From a virus (taxonomy: Duplodnaviria; Caudoviricetes), in IMG/VR virus record IMGVR_UViG_3300037424_000357, positions 1 through 45,469 of that record: DNA of 45,469 nt; one strand, written 5' to 3'. Below, one piece after another: positions 8,609 to 16,578 of the stretch. Below the pieces are notes generated by a model, which did no database searches, was not told the origin of the DNA, and was given only the letters and a program-made list of their open reading frames with translations. The position numbers and the translations under genes are program-made. The first letter of the stretch is position 1, and each line of letters begins with the position of its first letter.

Positions 8609-9123
8609 TTCACCTGTGTAAGGCAATGGGTTACTTCGGAAGCGCGGCGGAAGCGCAGGCCCTTCAAGACCTTTCCGCTTGTGTTCGTGGTGAGGTCAAG
8701 CATCAGGTCAAACGCATCAATGTAGTTTTCGGCGTTGAGCAGCGGAAAAAGATTGGTCTTGTCGAGACGGCCCAACCCGTATTGGAAGCAGAGCGATGAA
8801 AGACCCTCAAACTGATACGTTGTCAGCGGTGCCTTAACCCGAACGTCAATGTAATGGGCTTGGCGATTTATGTCCCTGATGAGGATTAGCGTTCCTTCTT
8901 CTTCCGTGAATTCCATGTCCTCGGTTATCTTGAACGGCGGATTGTCGCCGTCCTCTTTGTGGCCATAGCAAATGCTGTAAACGAGTGAGCCATCACCGCG
9001 CATTCCGTCCGGGTAGCGCTTGGCCCGCCATGCTTCGGAGCGCTTCAGGTGCGGATAAAACGAGGGCCTTATAATTCTCTCGAAAGAGTGTTTTGAGCCA
9101 AAGACGTCTTCACGGAAGGCCAT
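8605..9123 (-). CDS. GH24 phage lysozyme (endolysin)
   Basis: SE...YPD...SICYGH, QFEGLSSLCFQYG and GLRFRRASE. Confidence 0.82.
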   Translation of the reverse strand: MAFREDVFGSKHSFERIIRPSFYPHLKRSEAWRAKRYPDGMRGDGSLVYSICYGHKEDGDNPPFKITEDMEFTEEEGTLILIRDINRQAHYIDVRVKAPLTTYQFEGLSSLCFQYGLGRLDKTNLFPLLNAENYIDAFDLMLDLTTNTSGKVLKGLRFRRASEVTHCLTQVN

Positions 9124-9126
9124 GGC

Positions 9127-9585
9127 CTAGCCCTCGAACGGCTTACTTTTTTTCGCCCACACGCGCCACGGGTGAAGCTCCACATGCGGCAGATCAATGA
9201 ACGATTCATTGTAGGCGTTGCCGTCCCCGTTCCAGTCGCAGCCAAGCCGGATTGGAACATGCAGCTTTTGGGCAAGTGGCCGGATGATGTTCATCTGCAT
9301 GTGCCGGAAGATTGCATGACCATCCCGGCCATCGTCTTTTGCGTCATCCCAGTCTATCGGGAGTGGCGCAATATCCAATGCAACGGCGGGTGCCCAGTTG
9401 TGGGCGGAATTGCCGAAGTGAACTTTTGTGTGGCCCTTCCTGAATGCGGCCTCCTGATCGGCCCGCCCACGCTGGCTTTGCAGGATGGTGAAGTCGAATT
9501 CAAGAATAGCCGCGTTCATCAGCTTTTGAAGAAGCGGATGGGCGCGGGACAGGCGTTCGGCGGCGGCTTCGCTGAATTTAGGCAT
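9127..9585 (-). CDS. M15-family peptidoglycan peptidase (L-Ala-D-Glu type endolysin)
   Basis: R...Q, SAHN...ALD and DLPHVEL zinc motifs. Confidence 0.88.
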   Translation of the reverse strand: MPKFSEAAAERLSRAHPLLQKLMNAAILEFDFTILQSQRGRADQEAAFRKGHTKVHFGNSAHNWAPAVALDIAPLPIDWDDAKDDGRDGHAIFRHMQMNIIRPLAQKLHVPIRLGCDWNGDGNAYNESFIDLPHVELHPWRVWAKKSKPFEG

Positions 9586-9899
9586 CAGATACCCATCGTG
9601 GAGCCGCCGGGGGCTTCGCGGGCCGAGACAATCATGCCCTTGGCTTCTTCCATCAGCGCGAATTCGCCTGCGGCAACGGCTTCAAGTTCGGTAATTCGGC
9701 TCGCTTGCGCGGTGTTGGCGTCCGTGAGATTGGCGATTACGGCCTTTGCGTCGTTGAAATCCATGATAAGGTCTTTGATGAATGGCAAGAGTTCGTTCAT
9801 TTTAAGTGCCATAGTTGTGTTCTCCTTCATAAGAGATTGAATTGTTGGGGTTGGGGTTGGGGGAACGGGGGTTTTGAAAAAGGAAAATATGTTCTTCAT
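9585..9899 (-). CDS. coiled-coil hypothetical protein
   Basis: Coupled on both sides; heptad-like C-terminal half. Confidence 0.6.
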   Translation of the reverse strand: MKNIFSFFKTPVPPTPTPTIQSLMKENTTMALKMNELLPFIKDLIMDFNDAKAVIANLTDANTAQASRITELEAVAAGEFALMEEAKGMIVSAREAPGGSTMGI

Positions 9900-10327
9900 G
9901 GTTCAAACTCCTTGGGGGCCTGTGGCGGCGGGCGGCGCACTTCGGCTATCTCGGAAGGGTCATCGACAAGGTAGAATTCATCGCCTGACTGCTCACGCGC
10001 CCGCCAGGCGTCCTGCATTGATTCAACCCCTTCGGACCATGGGTAGGCATAGCTCACCGGAACACCGTCACGCATGACCCAGAGATAGACCAGGCGCTTT
10101 TCCTGATTGGGAACGAAGCCTATAATGGGCAGGCTGGCCATCTGCCGCCATTCGATTTCCAATGGCTTGGGCTGGCCCGCCGTCTCGAATGAAAGCGCAA
10201 ACGCCCCGCCCGCAAGCATGACGAATACAGCTGTTGCAATGCCCTTGTGCCAGCTTTTAGGGACACACAGATAGGTGAAGGCCCCTAGCACGGCAACGAA
10301 TGCGGCGACATAGGCGATGAATGTCAT
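9896..10327 (-). CDS. 2-TM membrane protein with soluble C-terminal domain
   Basis: MTFIAYVAAF...GQPKP...LVYLWV...PVSYAYPWS; start corrected to the ATGA overlap at 10327. Confidence 0.75.
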   Translation of the reverse strand: MTFIAYVAAFVAVLGAFTYLCVPKSWHKGIATAVFVMLAGGAFALSFETAGQPKPLEIEWRQMASLPIIGFVPNQEKRLVYLWVMRDGVPVSYAYPWSEGVESMQDAWRAREQSGDEFYLVDDPSEIAEVRRPPPQAPKEFEP

Positions 10328-10437
10328 ATCAATCCGTTCTGCCAAAGGGCCGTATAGAAGCCCAGTGCCGTGCCGATCCCAGATGAAATAGCAACACCGA
10401 TAAGTTCGGCGATTGCCCACTTGATTTCTGTGGTCAT
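10324..10437 (-). CDS. 37-aa TM peptide (not in ORF track)
   Basis: MTTEIKWAIAELIGVAISSGIGTALGFYTALWQNGLI; ATGA overlaps at both ends. Confidence 0.65.
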   Translation of the reverse strand: MTTEIKWAIAELIGVAISSGIGTALGFYTALWQNGLI

Positions 10438-11042
10438 TCCGGCCTCACAAGCGATTTGAATATGTGGTTGACCGAGCCGGGAACAACATTGCCCTGCCCG
10501 TCTATTGTAAAGCGTACCAGCGTGGTTTCTTCGCCCGTGCGGTATAGCGTGACAGTTTGCTTGACTATCTTCTGGCTGCCCTTCCCTGCGCTTGGATTGG
10601 CTGTGATGACGACTTCGCCCTCAACATTGACGGGGTAGAATTGAGGCCCGCCGCGATAGGCATGAATGTTAACTACGTAGTCGCCTGCTGGCAGGCCTCG
10701 TGCATAAGCGTTTTCGAAGTTTCTTTGCGCCGTATCTCCAGCCATTCCGAGATCATCGCGCAAGAGGTTCCAAATCTTACCGGAGAGTTTTCCGAAAAAT
10801 ACATGATCACCGCTGGGCGAAGAGAGGTGTGTGTCAATGTCAAGGTCAATGCCGTCCGGCCAGTAGACGTAAACGGAAATGTTTCCTGCGGTAACATCGT
10901 CATTGGTTTTCTCCGTTGCCTTGGTGTTCTTGATTTGAGTTACGAGAAGTGCAGTCAGCACCATGAAGCAGGCAAGCAAGGCCCACAAAAGGTCATTGAA
11001 AGTAAAAAGTGTGGCGACTAGGCCGTTATTCCTCCTGCTCAT
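10434..11042 (-). CDS. MotB/ExbD-like single-TM protein with YfaP/DUF2135-like beta domain
   Basis: FNDLLWALLACF TM with a membrane Asp; then W...DIDTHL..PSG...RDD...ENA...GDYVVNIHAY. Confidence 0.7.
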   Translation of the reverse strand: MSRRNNGLVATLFTFNDLLWALLACFMVLTALLVTQIKNTKATEKTNDDVTAGNISVYVYWPDGIDLDIDTHLSSPSGDHVFFGKLSGKIWNLLRDDLGMAGDTAQRNFENAYARGLPAGDYVVNIHAYRGGPQFYPVNVEGEVVITANPSAGKGSQKIVKQTVTLYRTGEETTLVRFTIDGQGNVVPGSVNHIFKSLVRPE

Positions 11043-11451
11043 CGTACCAGCCAAGCAGCCTAAGGGACAATTCCAGCCAAAGATTGCAAGACAGCGCAAT
11101 CAATGAAACGTAAAAAGCTATGCCGATTGAGCCGAGAAACAGCGCCGCGACTTGCGTGACATCGCCGCCAGACAGAATGCTTTTCGAGACTGAGGCCAGC
11201 GCCGCGAGAATGCCGACTTGCATTCCTATGACGGCTATTCGCACCATCTTGTCAGCGAGCCATGCCGCGTGAGCAAATTGCCTCATCCCGACTAGGATAA
11301 TCCCCACACCGCCAAGGGCCGCGACAACCGCCGAGAACCAGCGCGAGTCACCCTCGAATGGCTTGATTAAGTAGCCCGACAGCCATAGCGCCACGAGGCC
11401 AGCGGCTAGGACGCATTGAATGACGACGAAACGGAGATAGAAAACCTTCAA
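11026..11451 (-). CDS. MotA/TolQ/ExbB-like membrane protein
   Basis: Four hydrophobic segments; IAVIGMQVGI and GIAFYVSLIAL resemble the two channel helices; directly upstream of the Asp-TM partner. Confidence 0.65.
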   Translation of the reverse strand: MKVFYLRFVVIQCVLAAGLVALWLSGYLIKPFEGDSRWFSAVVAALGGVGIILVGMRQFAHAAWLADKMVRIAVIGMQVGILAALASVSKSILSGGDVTQVAALFLGSIGIAFYVSLIALSCNLWLELSLRLLGWYDEQEE

Positions 11452-11756
11452 GAATTTTTCCCTTCAATCTCAATTGGCAAATCTTCCCAAGCCTCTCCGG
11501 ATGCAACAATGCAAGTCACGCCCTGCGGCGATGAAGATAGAACAGTCCATGTTCCGGATTTCGCGGCAAAGATTTCAACAAAGTTGTTGTTTGAGACAGC
11601 TATCACGCGCCGCGTTTCGCTGAACTTGTCGCCAAGGGCCTTGACCATCTTGGCATGATCGCCACAGGCGGCCTGCGCGTGGGCCAGTTTCGGGACAACG
11701 AACATCAGGCCAAGAGCAAGCAAAAGACCTGCGATAATCGTGATTGCATATTTCAT
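11448..11756 (-). CDS. secreted/periplasmic Cys-pair protein
   Basis: Signal peptide ending AHA; C...L...FSE...GTWT...C pattern. Confidence 0.75.
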   Translation of the reverse strand: MKYAITIIAGLLLALGLMFVVPKLAHAQAACGDHAKMVKALGDKFSETRRVIAVSNNNFVEIFAAKSGTWTVLSSSPQGVTCIVASGEAWEDLPIEIEGKNS

Positions 11757-11811
11757 GGGCGGCCTCGCTTCCTGTGGCTCCAGGGGTTGAACTTGCTCCT
11801 ATGAACGTGTA

Positions 11812-11840
11812 TATATATTTCACGGTCATATGCCTGTCAA
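11812..11840 (-). promoter_or_regulatory. sigma70-type promoter for the membrane operon
   Basis: Minus strand TTGACA-N17-TATATA. Confidence 0.6.
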
Positions 11841-11856
11841 TACAAATGTTGGAGTA

Positions 11857-12018
11857 GTGGTGAATAAGGATGTAGTTATCCAAATCAGAGCCGACGAAGA
11901 GTTCTGGCGGCTTGTTGACGATTGGCGGCGGGTTCAGCCCGATCTGCCAACCAGATCAGAAGCCGTGCGCCGAATGGTTCGCTTGGCGGCGGAATCACTT
12001 GCCCCGAAACAAACGTGA
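11857..12018 (+). CDS. ribbon-helix-helix (CopG/Arc-like) regulator
   Basis: VIQIRADEEF..LVDDWRR.QPDLPTRSEAVRRMV; ggag RBS before GTG. Confidence 0.8.
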   Translation: MVNKDVVIQIRADEEFWRLVDDWRRVQPDLPTRSEAVRRMVRLAAESLAPKQT

Positions 12019-12159
12019 CCAGACCTGAATGCAAAGCCAGATCAAGCCCGCGATGGGCAGCAAAAGCGCCGCTATGGTTGAAACGTCTTGAAGCCATGGT
12101 AGCCACCATGGGCTTACTACAGCGAGCCCCGCCGCTGTGTTGGTGATGTAGTCGTTCAT
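11995..12159 (-). CDS. small membrane protein, holin-like
   Basis: MNDYITNTAAGLAVVSPWWLPWL...LIWLCIQVWSRLFRGK with a basic C-terminus. Confidence 0.6.
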   Translation of the reverse strand: MNDYITNTAAGLAVVSPWWLPWLQDVSTIAALLLPIAGLIWLCIQVWSRLFRGK

Positions 12160-12395
12160 CAAGCCACCCCGTAAATCAGGCTTGCCAGAAGCCACCAGAT
12201 CGTGAAGCGGCAACACTTGCTCCACCATTCCCCATCATCACGAAAAGCTTGAGACCAGAATCCCTTGGCCTTATGATACCAGGAGCCGTTGCTGATCTGG
12301 CTCAAGTCCGGCCTATGGGGGAGCCGTTCGCCGCCAATCAGCATCAGCGGGAAATCAATCGGGCTTGTGAAGATGAGAACGAACAGGGCTCGCAT
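12159..12395 (-). CDS. hypothetical membrane protein
   Basis: Coupled ORF with hydrophobic ends. Confidence 0.5.
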   Translation of the reverse strand: MRALFVLIFTSPIDFPLMLIGGERLPHRPDLSQISNGSWYHKAKGFWSQAFRDDGEWWSKCCRFTIWWLLASLIYGVA

Positions 12396-12625
12396 CAGAG
12401 CGCCTTTGAAACCAAAAGAACCGTGAGACATGCCGCTATGGGTGCCAATAGCCCCTTCCAGTCAAAGACGCCGCTTTCTTCCCATTGGGTCAATTCACGC
12501 CCGGTATAAACCGAGGCCCCAGCCACAAGGCCCATATCGAGGCCAAGGAACGGCCAAAGCACGACTGCAATTAATAGCGCAATGGCTATGTGGCACATCC
12601 AGTAATGGGGAAGCGGGCAGGTCAT
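12395..12625 (-). CDS. hypothetical 3-TM membrane protein
   Basis: Coupled to the tail fibre stop. Confidence 0.6.
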   Translation of the reverse strand: MTCPLPHYWMCHIAIALLIAVVLWPFLGLDMGLVAGASVYTGRELTQWEESGVFDWKGLLAPIAACLTVLLVSKAL

Positions 12626-14067
12626 TTCACGCCCCAAACGAGGATTGAACCGGTTGAAAATGCCGCAGAGCCACCAGTAAGGCTAAACTGAATTGCATCA
12701 ATGTTGCCGGTTCCGCCCGTCGCGTGCTTTAGCATTCCTACCGTGCCAATAAAACCGGTTACAGCGTTGGTTGGTCCCGTGGCCTCTCCAATAAAGGCGT
12801 TAATGACAGCACCATTCTGGACTATGGTTTGCAGGTTCCCAAGATTGGCAAAACCGTTAAGCTCATCGGTTGAAGCAGTTGCCGGGGTTATTGGCACAGC
12901 AGTGCCATAGTTTGTTCCATTATTTCCGGAAACTGCGAGATTAAGAGTTGTGGCAGCGCCTGCCGTAACCAGGTCTTGAACCTCAATATAAAGTGATCTG
13001 TAGTCTGAACTGATGTCGGTGACTGGTGCAGTTGTGCCGCTGGAGGGAGTGAGCGTTGAAATCAGCGTCATGCCGCCCGGAGCAAGCAGCACACCATCAT
13101 CATAGACTGCGGTTGCGTTGATGGTGCCTGCGCCCTGATCGCCGCCAGTCGCTCCCTCAACCCAAACGCCCGCGCCGATGCTAAGTCTAACATCTGCGGC
13201 CCCGGCGACATATCCCAAAAATTGCATAACGCCATCTTCGGCGGCGTTGGTGGCTGTCTTTATAAAGCCCCGAAGCCATGTATAATTCACAGTGGCGGCA
13301 GTAGATGTTCTGCCCCTGAAATATATTGGGGCTAAAACATCGCTGGCGTCGGGGGATGCCGAGAAGCGGTCTAATATAAGTTCGGGGCCGGGGTCTGCAG
13401 TCGCATTCGTCGATGTAATTGTCGTATCGCCGGTCGTGTCGGCAATGGTTACAGCGCTGTTCTGAACAATCTTGCCGGTCGTGCTGTCAAAGCGGGCAAC
13501 GGCATTATCGGTTGCCGAAGCGGGGCCGACAACATCGCCAAGCGATGAACTGCTGTTGCCCCGGTTCAGCCAGATCATGTCTGTGCCGTTGTAGGCAACC
13601 GTAATGAATGAGCCGCTTCCAATGTCGCCAGACGCAAGAACCGTCATGGTTCCGGCAACGTCTTTCTTGATGGTCTTTGCACCAAGGGTGTTGATATTGA
13701 CGGTCGCATCGCCGGTGTTGGCGAAGTTGGTTATGAAGGAATAAACCTGGCCCGTGCGATAGGCGGCGGGGGCTACGGTATAGGCAACCACGTAAGCGTT
13801 TGCGCTGCCAGAGCTGGTGACGGCAAAGCTGCGGTTTTGCCATTCACGGGCAATCGCGCCCTGTAAACAGCGGCCCGCGTCATCAAGGGTTGAGGGCGCT
13901 GCGCTACCCAGCCATGACGGGCACGTTCCGGAACCATTGCTGGCATCAGTCGGCGATATGACCGACGTGTTGCCAAGATCAGCAGCAGACCAAGCCCAAT
14001 TGCCAACAAACAGGGCGGCGCACAGAAGCAGGACTGAGGCGGAAAATTTGTCGCGGTTAATTTTCAT
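12622..14067 (-). CDS. tail fibre / receptor-binding protein with N-terminal signal-like peptide
   Basis: Podovirus fibre N-terminus (ASN...APSTLDDAGR), GDVVGPASATDNAVARFD segment, C-terminal IDAIQFS...GSILVWGVK. Confidence 0.75.
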   Translation of the reverse strand: MKINRDKFSASVLLLCAALFVGNWAWSAADLGNTSVISPTDASNGSGTCPSWLGSAAPSTLDDAGRCLQGAIAREWQNRSFAVTSSGSANAYVVAYTVAPAAYRTGQVYSFITNFANTGDATVNINTLGAKTIKKDVAGTMTVLASGDIGSGSFITVAYNGTDMIWLNRGNSSSSLGDVVGPASATDNAVARFDSTTGKIVQNSAVTIADTTGDTTITSTNATADPGPELILDRFSASPDASDVLAPIYFRGRTSTAATVNYTWLRGFIKTATNAAEDGVMQFLGYVAGAADVRLSIGAGVWVEGATGGDQGAGTINATAVYDDGVLLAPGGMTLISTLTPSSGTTAPVTDISSDYRSLYIEVQDLVTAGAATTLNLAVSGNNGTNYGTAVPITPATASTDELNGFANLGNLQTIVQNGAVINAFIGEATGPTNAVTGFIGTVGMLKHATGGTGNIDAIQFSLTGGSAAFSTGSILVWGVK

Positions 14068-14070
14068 GGC

Positions 14071-14265
14071 TTACTTTCCCTCAAGCGATTTGACGCGCCG
14101 CCAAAGTGCAAAAACAGCGAAAGAAAGGACAACGATTGCCACGCAAGAGACGGCAAAAAGCGGCGTCAACACCGCAAACCCGTCAATGCTATTCGTAGTT
14201 TCGTAGATGCCATATCCGCCACTAACGGCTCCTATGCCGCCTGCGGTTTTGCCTGTGTGTTTCAT
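14071..14265 (-). CDS. small membrane protein
   Basis: Hydrophobic helix followed by a basic tail. Confidence 0.55.
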   Translation of the reverse strand: MKHTGKTAGGIGAVSGGYGIYETTNSIDGFAVLTPLFAVSCVAIVVLSFAVFALWRRVKSLEGK

Positions 14266-14315
14266 GGGTTAAGGCTCCGTTTGATTTTCGGATTGGGATT
14301 TGCTAGGGTGGGGGT

Positions 14316-14552
14316 ATGAACTTTAGAATGTTGTTCTGGGCTATCGTTCTTATCGCGTGGCTGATCGCGGCCCCGATTGGCCTTATCCTTGCGGCAAACA
14401 TTTTCAGGCTTGGTATGGTGGAGGGCTTCGAGCTTTACGGAGAGGTCTTTACGCTTATCTCTGCCCTCGGTTTGTTGCCCGTTCTTTTAGGTATTGCGTC
14501 CCTATTTGATAAGGCAGAACGGGAGAACCAAGAAGACCAGAAATGGCCTTAG
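14316..14552 (+). CDS. 2-TM moron protein, candidate superinfection exclusion
   Basis: Antisense to the late genes; overlaps the 3' end of the last ejection gene. Confidence 0.55.
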   Translation: MNFRMLFWAIVLIAWLIAAPIGLILAANIFRLGMVEGFELYGEVFTLISALGLLPVLLGIASLFDKAERENQEDQKWP

Positions 14553-16578
14553 CCTTAGCGGCATTCTGCGGCGATTGCCTGCCAATGGTTTGAAGTGTGC
14601 CGAGAAGGCCGCGAGCGTTTGCCCCACGGGGGCCAGTGAGAGCCCCGGTCAACTCCTGATAAATCTTATCTTCCGCCGCCTGCTTTGCCGCTGGTGTTCC
14701 GCCTAGCAAATTCTGAATCACGCGCTTTCCTGCGTTGATTGGCTGTCCGGACTTGATGGCGTTCCAAACGCCCTCATCGGTCAACTCGCGGACGGTCCTA
14801 TCCATTTCTAGGCGGGCGAATGTCTTGGAGTTCTGGGCAACGCCAGCGCGGAGATCAAGTGCCGTTGCAGCACGGTCAATCGCCTTGAACAATCTGTCAG
14901 CAGCCTGATTGCCAATAAGTGCAGTGATCTTCTCATGGTTCGCACGGCTGGAAAGCGTCTTGACGGCTGCGATTGCTTCCCGCGCGTCCATGTTTCCGTC
15001 TGTAACGGCACGGCTGACTTGCGCAAGTTTTTCGTCAATGAACGAGCGGGCACCCTGCATTGCGCTTTGGCGCTCCGCTTGTGACATGCCTTGCAAGCCC
15101 ATTTGCACTTCATCGCGTGTGGTGCCTGCCGACAATAGTTTCGTGCCGAACTGCAAGGCGTTACGCGCTGCTATTGGCTCTGCCGCCGTATCGAGAGCTA
15201 CCTTATAGGCCGGAACAGCGCTTTTAGCAGCACCCCGCAATTCGCGGGAAAGGTTTTGATATGATCTGCCTACGGCAGTCTGTCCTCCAAGCGCACCGGC
15301 ACCGTCGCCAACTTCGGCCAGATCATTCAGGGCGCGGGTTAGATAGTCCAATTGCATCACATCCGGGTGGCCAGTATGGGTGATGCCGTTCTGCGTTATC
15401 GTGGTTTTGAAATTCCTGGCATCAAAGCCCTCAAGCTTCATAAGCTGATTTGCCTTGTCTATCGCGCTCTGAGGAACGCGCTTCATCAGGTCGATAATCT
15501 TTTTCCCTTCTGGGGCGAGATAATCAATGGGTTCATCATAGGCCGCTTTATAGGCGCTATTTCTGGCGGCGGCGGTTGAATCCCTGATGCCCTTCTCAAC
15601 CGTCTTGAGGCCTTGTGGCCTGCCAAGCGTTCTGTTCAATGCGCTGCCGACAACATCATTTGCGCGGCCTGCGCGGCGCTCTACGGCTTCGGACGCGGCG
15701 CGGCCGGCAGGTCCGCTTTTCTGAATTGTCGTATCGAGCAACCCGCGAGCACTTGGTCCGGCATCGGCAAGCATTGCATCGGGGCCAGCTGCCCTTAGCC
15801 GTTGTGCACCAGCACCGCTTAACGACTGATCGGCGTCCATGGCGCGAGTGAGAATTTCATAGGAAGGCTTTGAAAGCCCCGCCTGCTTTGCCTGCTTGGC
15901 AATGTTGTATTGGTCCAGAACCCAATTTGAACCACGACGAATGCCCTCTTGGGCAAACGGCATAAGTCCGCCCACCGTTGCGCCAAGGCCAGCTCCAAGC
16001 TGGCCCCGCGACTTGGCATTGGCCATGCGGCCTTCAGGATCAGTCCCGGCCCCATATCCAGAAACCGCGCCTTCCGCGCCGCCCAATAGGCCGCCAACGC
16101 CCGCACCATAGCCGACGCGCGCACCCATAGTCGCAGGCGCATAGGATGTTATCGCAGCGGGGGCCGCCGCCAAACCTACCGCTGAACCCGTTATGCCGCC
16201 GCCTATCTTAAGGCCAAGTGCCGTTTTCGGGTTCTGCTGGGCAAATGCTTCTTGCCCGCCGCGAATGGCCCCAGTGGCCGTTTCTGCGCTGTTGTCGCTT
16301 ATATACGGCGCAGCCGCGCCCGCAGCTTCATCAAAGTATTCACCAAGGAACGGAACACCTTGCAGAAAGGTTGACGCTGCGGCTGCGTAGGGGTGATTTG
16401 CAGCCCAAAGCTCGCCAGTTGTGGACAAGCCTTTCTTGCCGGGAATTGTGGAACTGAAGGCGGCGTCTTTAGAGCCGCTCATTTTCACAATTTCGTCCGC
16501 AAGAATGCGGGCCGATGCAGTGTCCCCAGCAGCGTCAGCGTTTTTCAGGGCGTCCTCAAGGTCTTTAAGGCTTGCCAC
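14455..16578 (-). CDS. DNA ejection/internal virion protein
   Basis: Ala/Gly-rich hydrophobic segments in a helical protein; position equivalent to P22 gp16. Confidence 0.7.
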   Translation of the reverse strand: MASLKDLEDALKNADAAGDTASARILADEIVKMSGSKDAAFSSTIPGKKGLSTTGELWAANHPYAAAASTFLQGVPFLGEYFDEAAGAAAPYISDNSAETATGAIRGGQEAFAQQNPKTALGLKIGGGITGSAVGLAAAPAAITSYAPATMGARVGYGAGVGGLLGGAEGAVSGYGAGTDPEGRMANAKSRGQLGAGLGATVGGLMPFAQEGIRRGSNWVLDQYNIAKQAKQAGLSKPSYEILTRAMDADQSLSGAGAQRLRAAGPDAMLADAGPSARGLLDTTIQKSGPAGRAASEAVERRAGRANDVVGSALNRTLGRPQGLKTVEKGIRDSTAAARNSAYKAAYDEPIDYLAPEGKKIIDLMKRVPQSAIDKANQLMKLEGFDARNFKTTITQNGITHTGHPDVMQLDYLTRALNDLAEVGDGAGALGGQTAVGRSYQNLSRELRGAAKSAVPAYKVALDTAAEPIAARNALQFGTKLLSAGTTRDEVQMGLQGMSQAERQSAMQGARSFIDEKLAQVSRAVTDGNMDAREAIAAVKTLSSRANHEKITALIGNQAADRLFKAIDRAATALDLRAGVAQNSKTFARLEMDRTVRELTDEGVWNAIKSGQPINAGKRVIQNLLGGTPAAKQAAEDKIYQELTGALTGPRGANARGLLGTLQTIGRQSPQNAAKAKAISGLLGSPVLPYQIGTQYLKERATNRGQR

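Noticed and set aside
9896-11451. Complete Zorya defence system
   Set aside because: No long ZorA tail, no OmpA-like ZorB domain and no ZorC/D/E genes.
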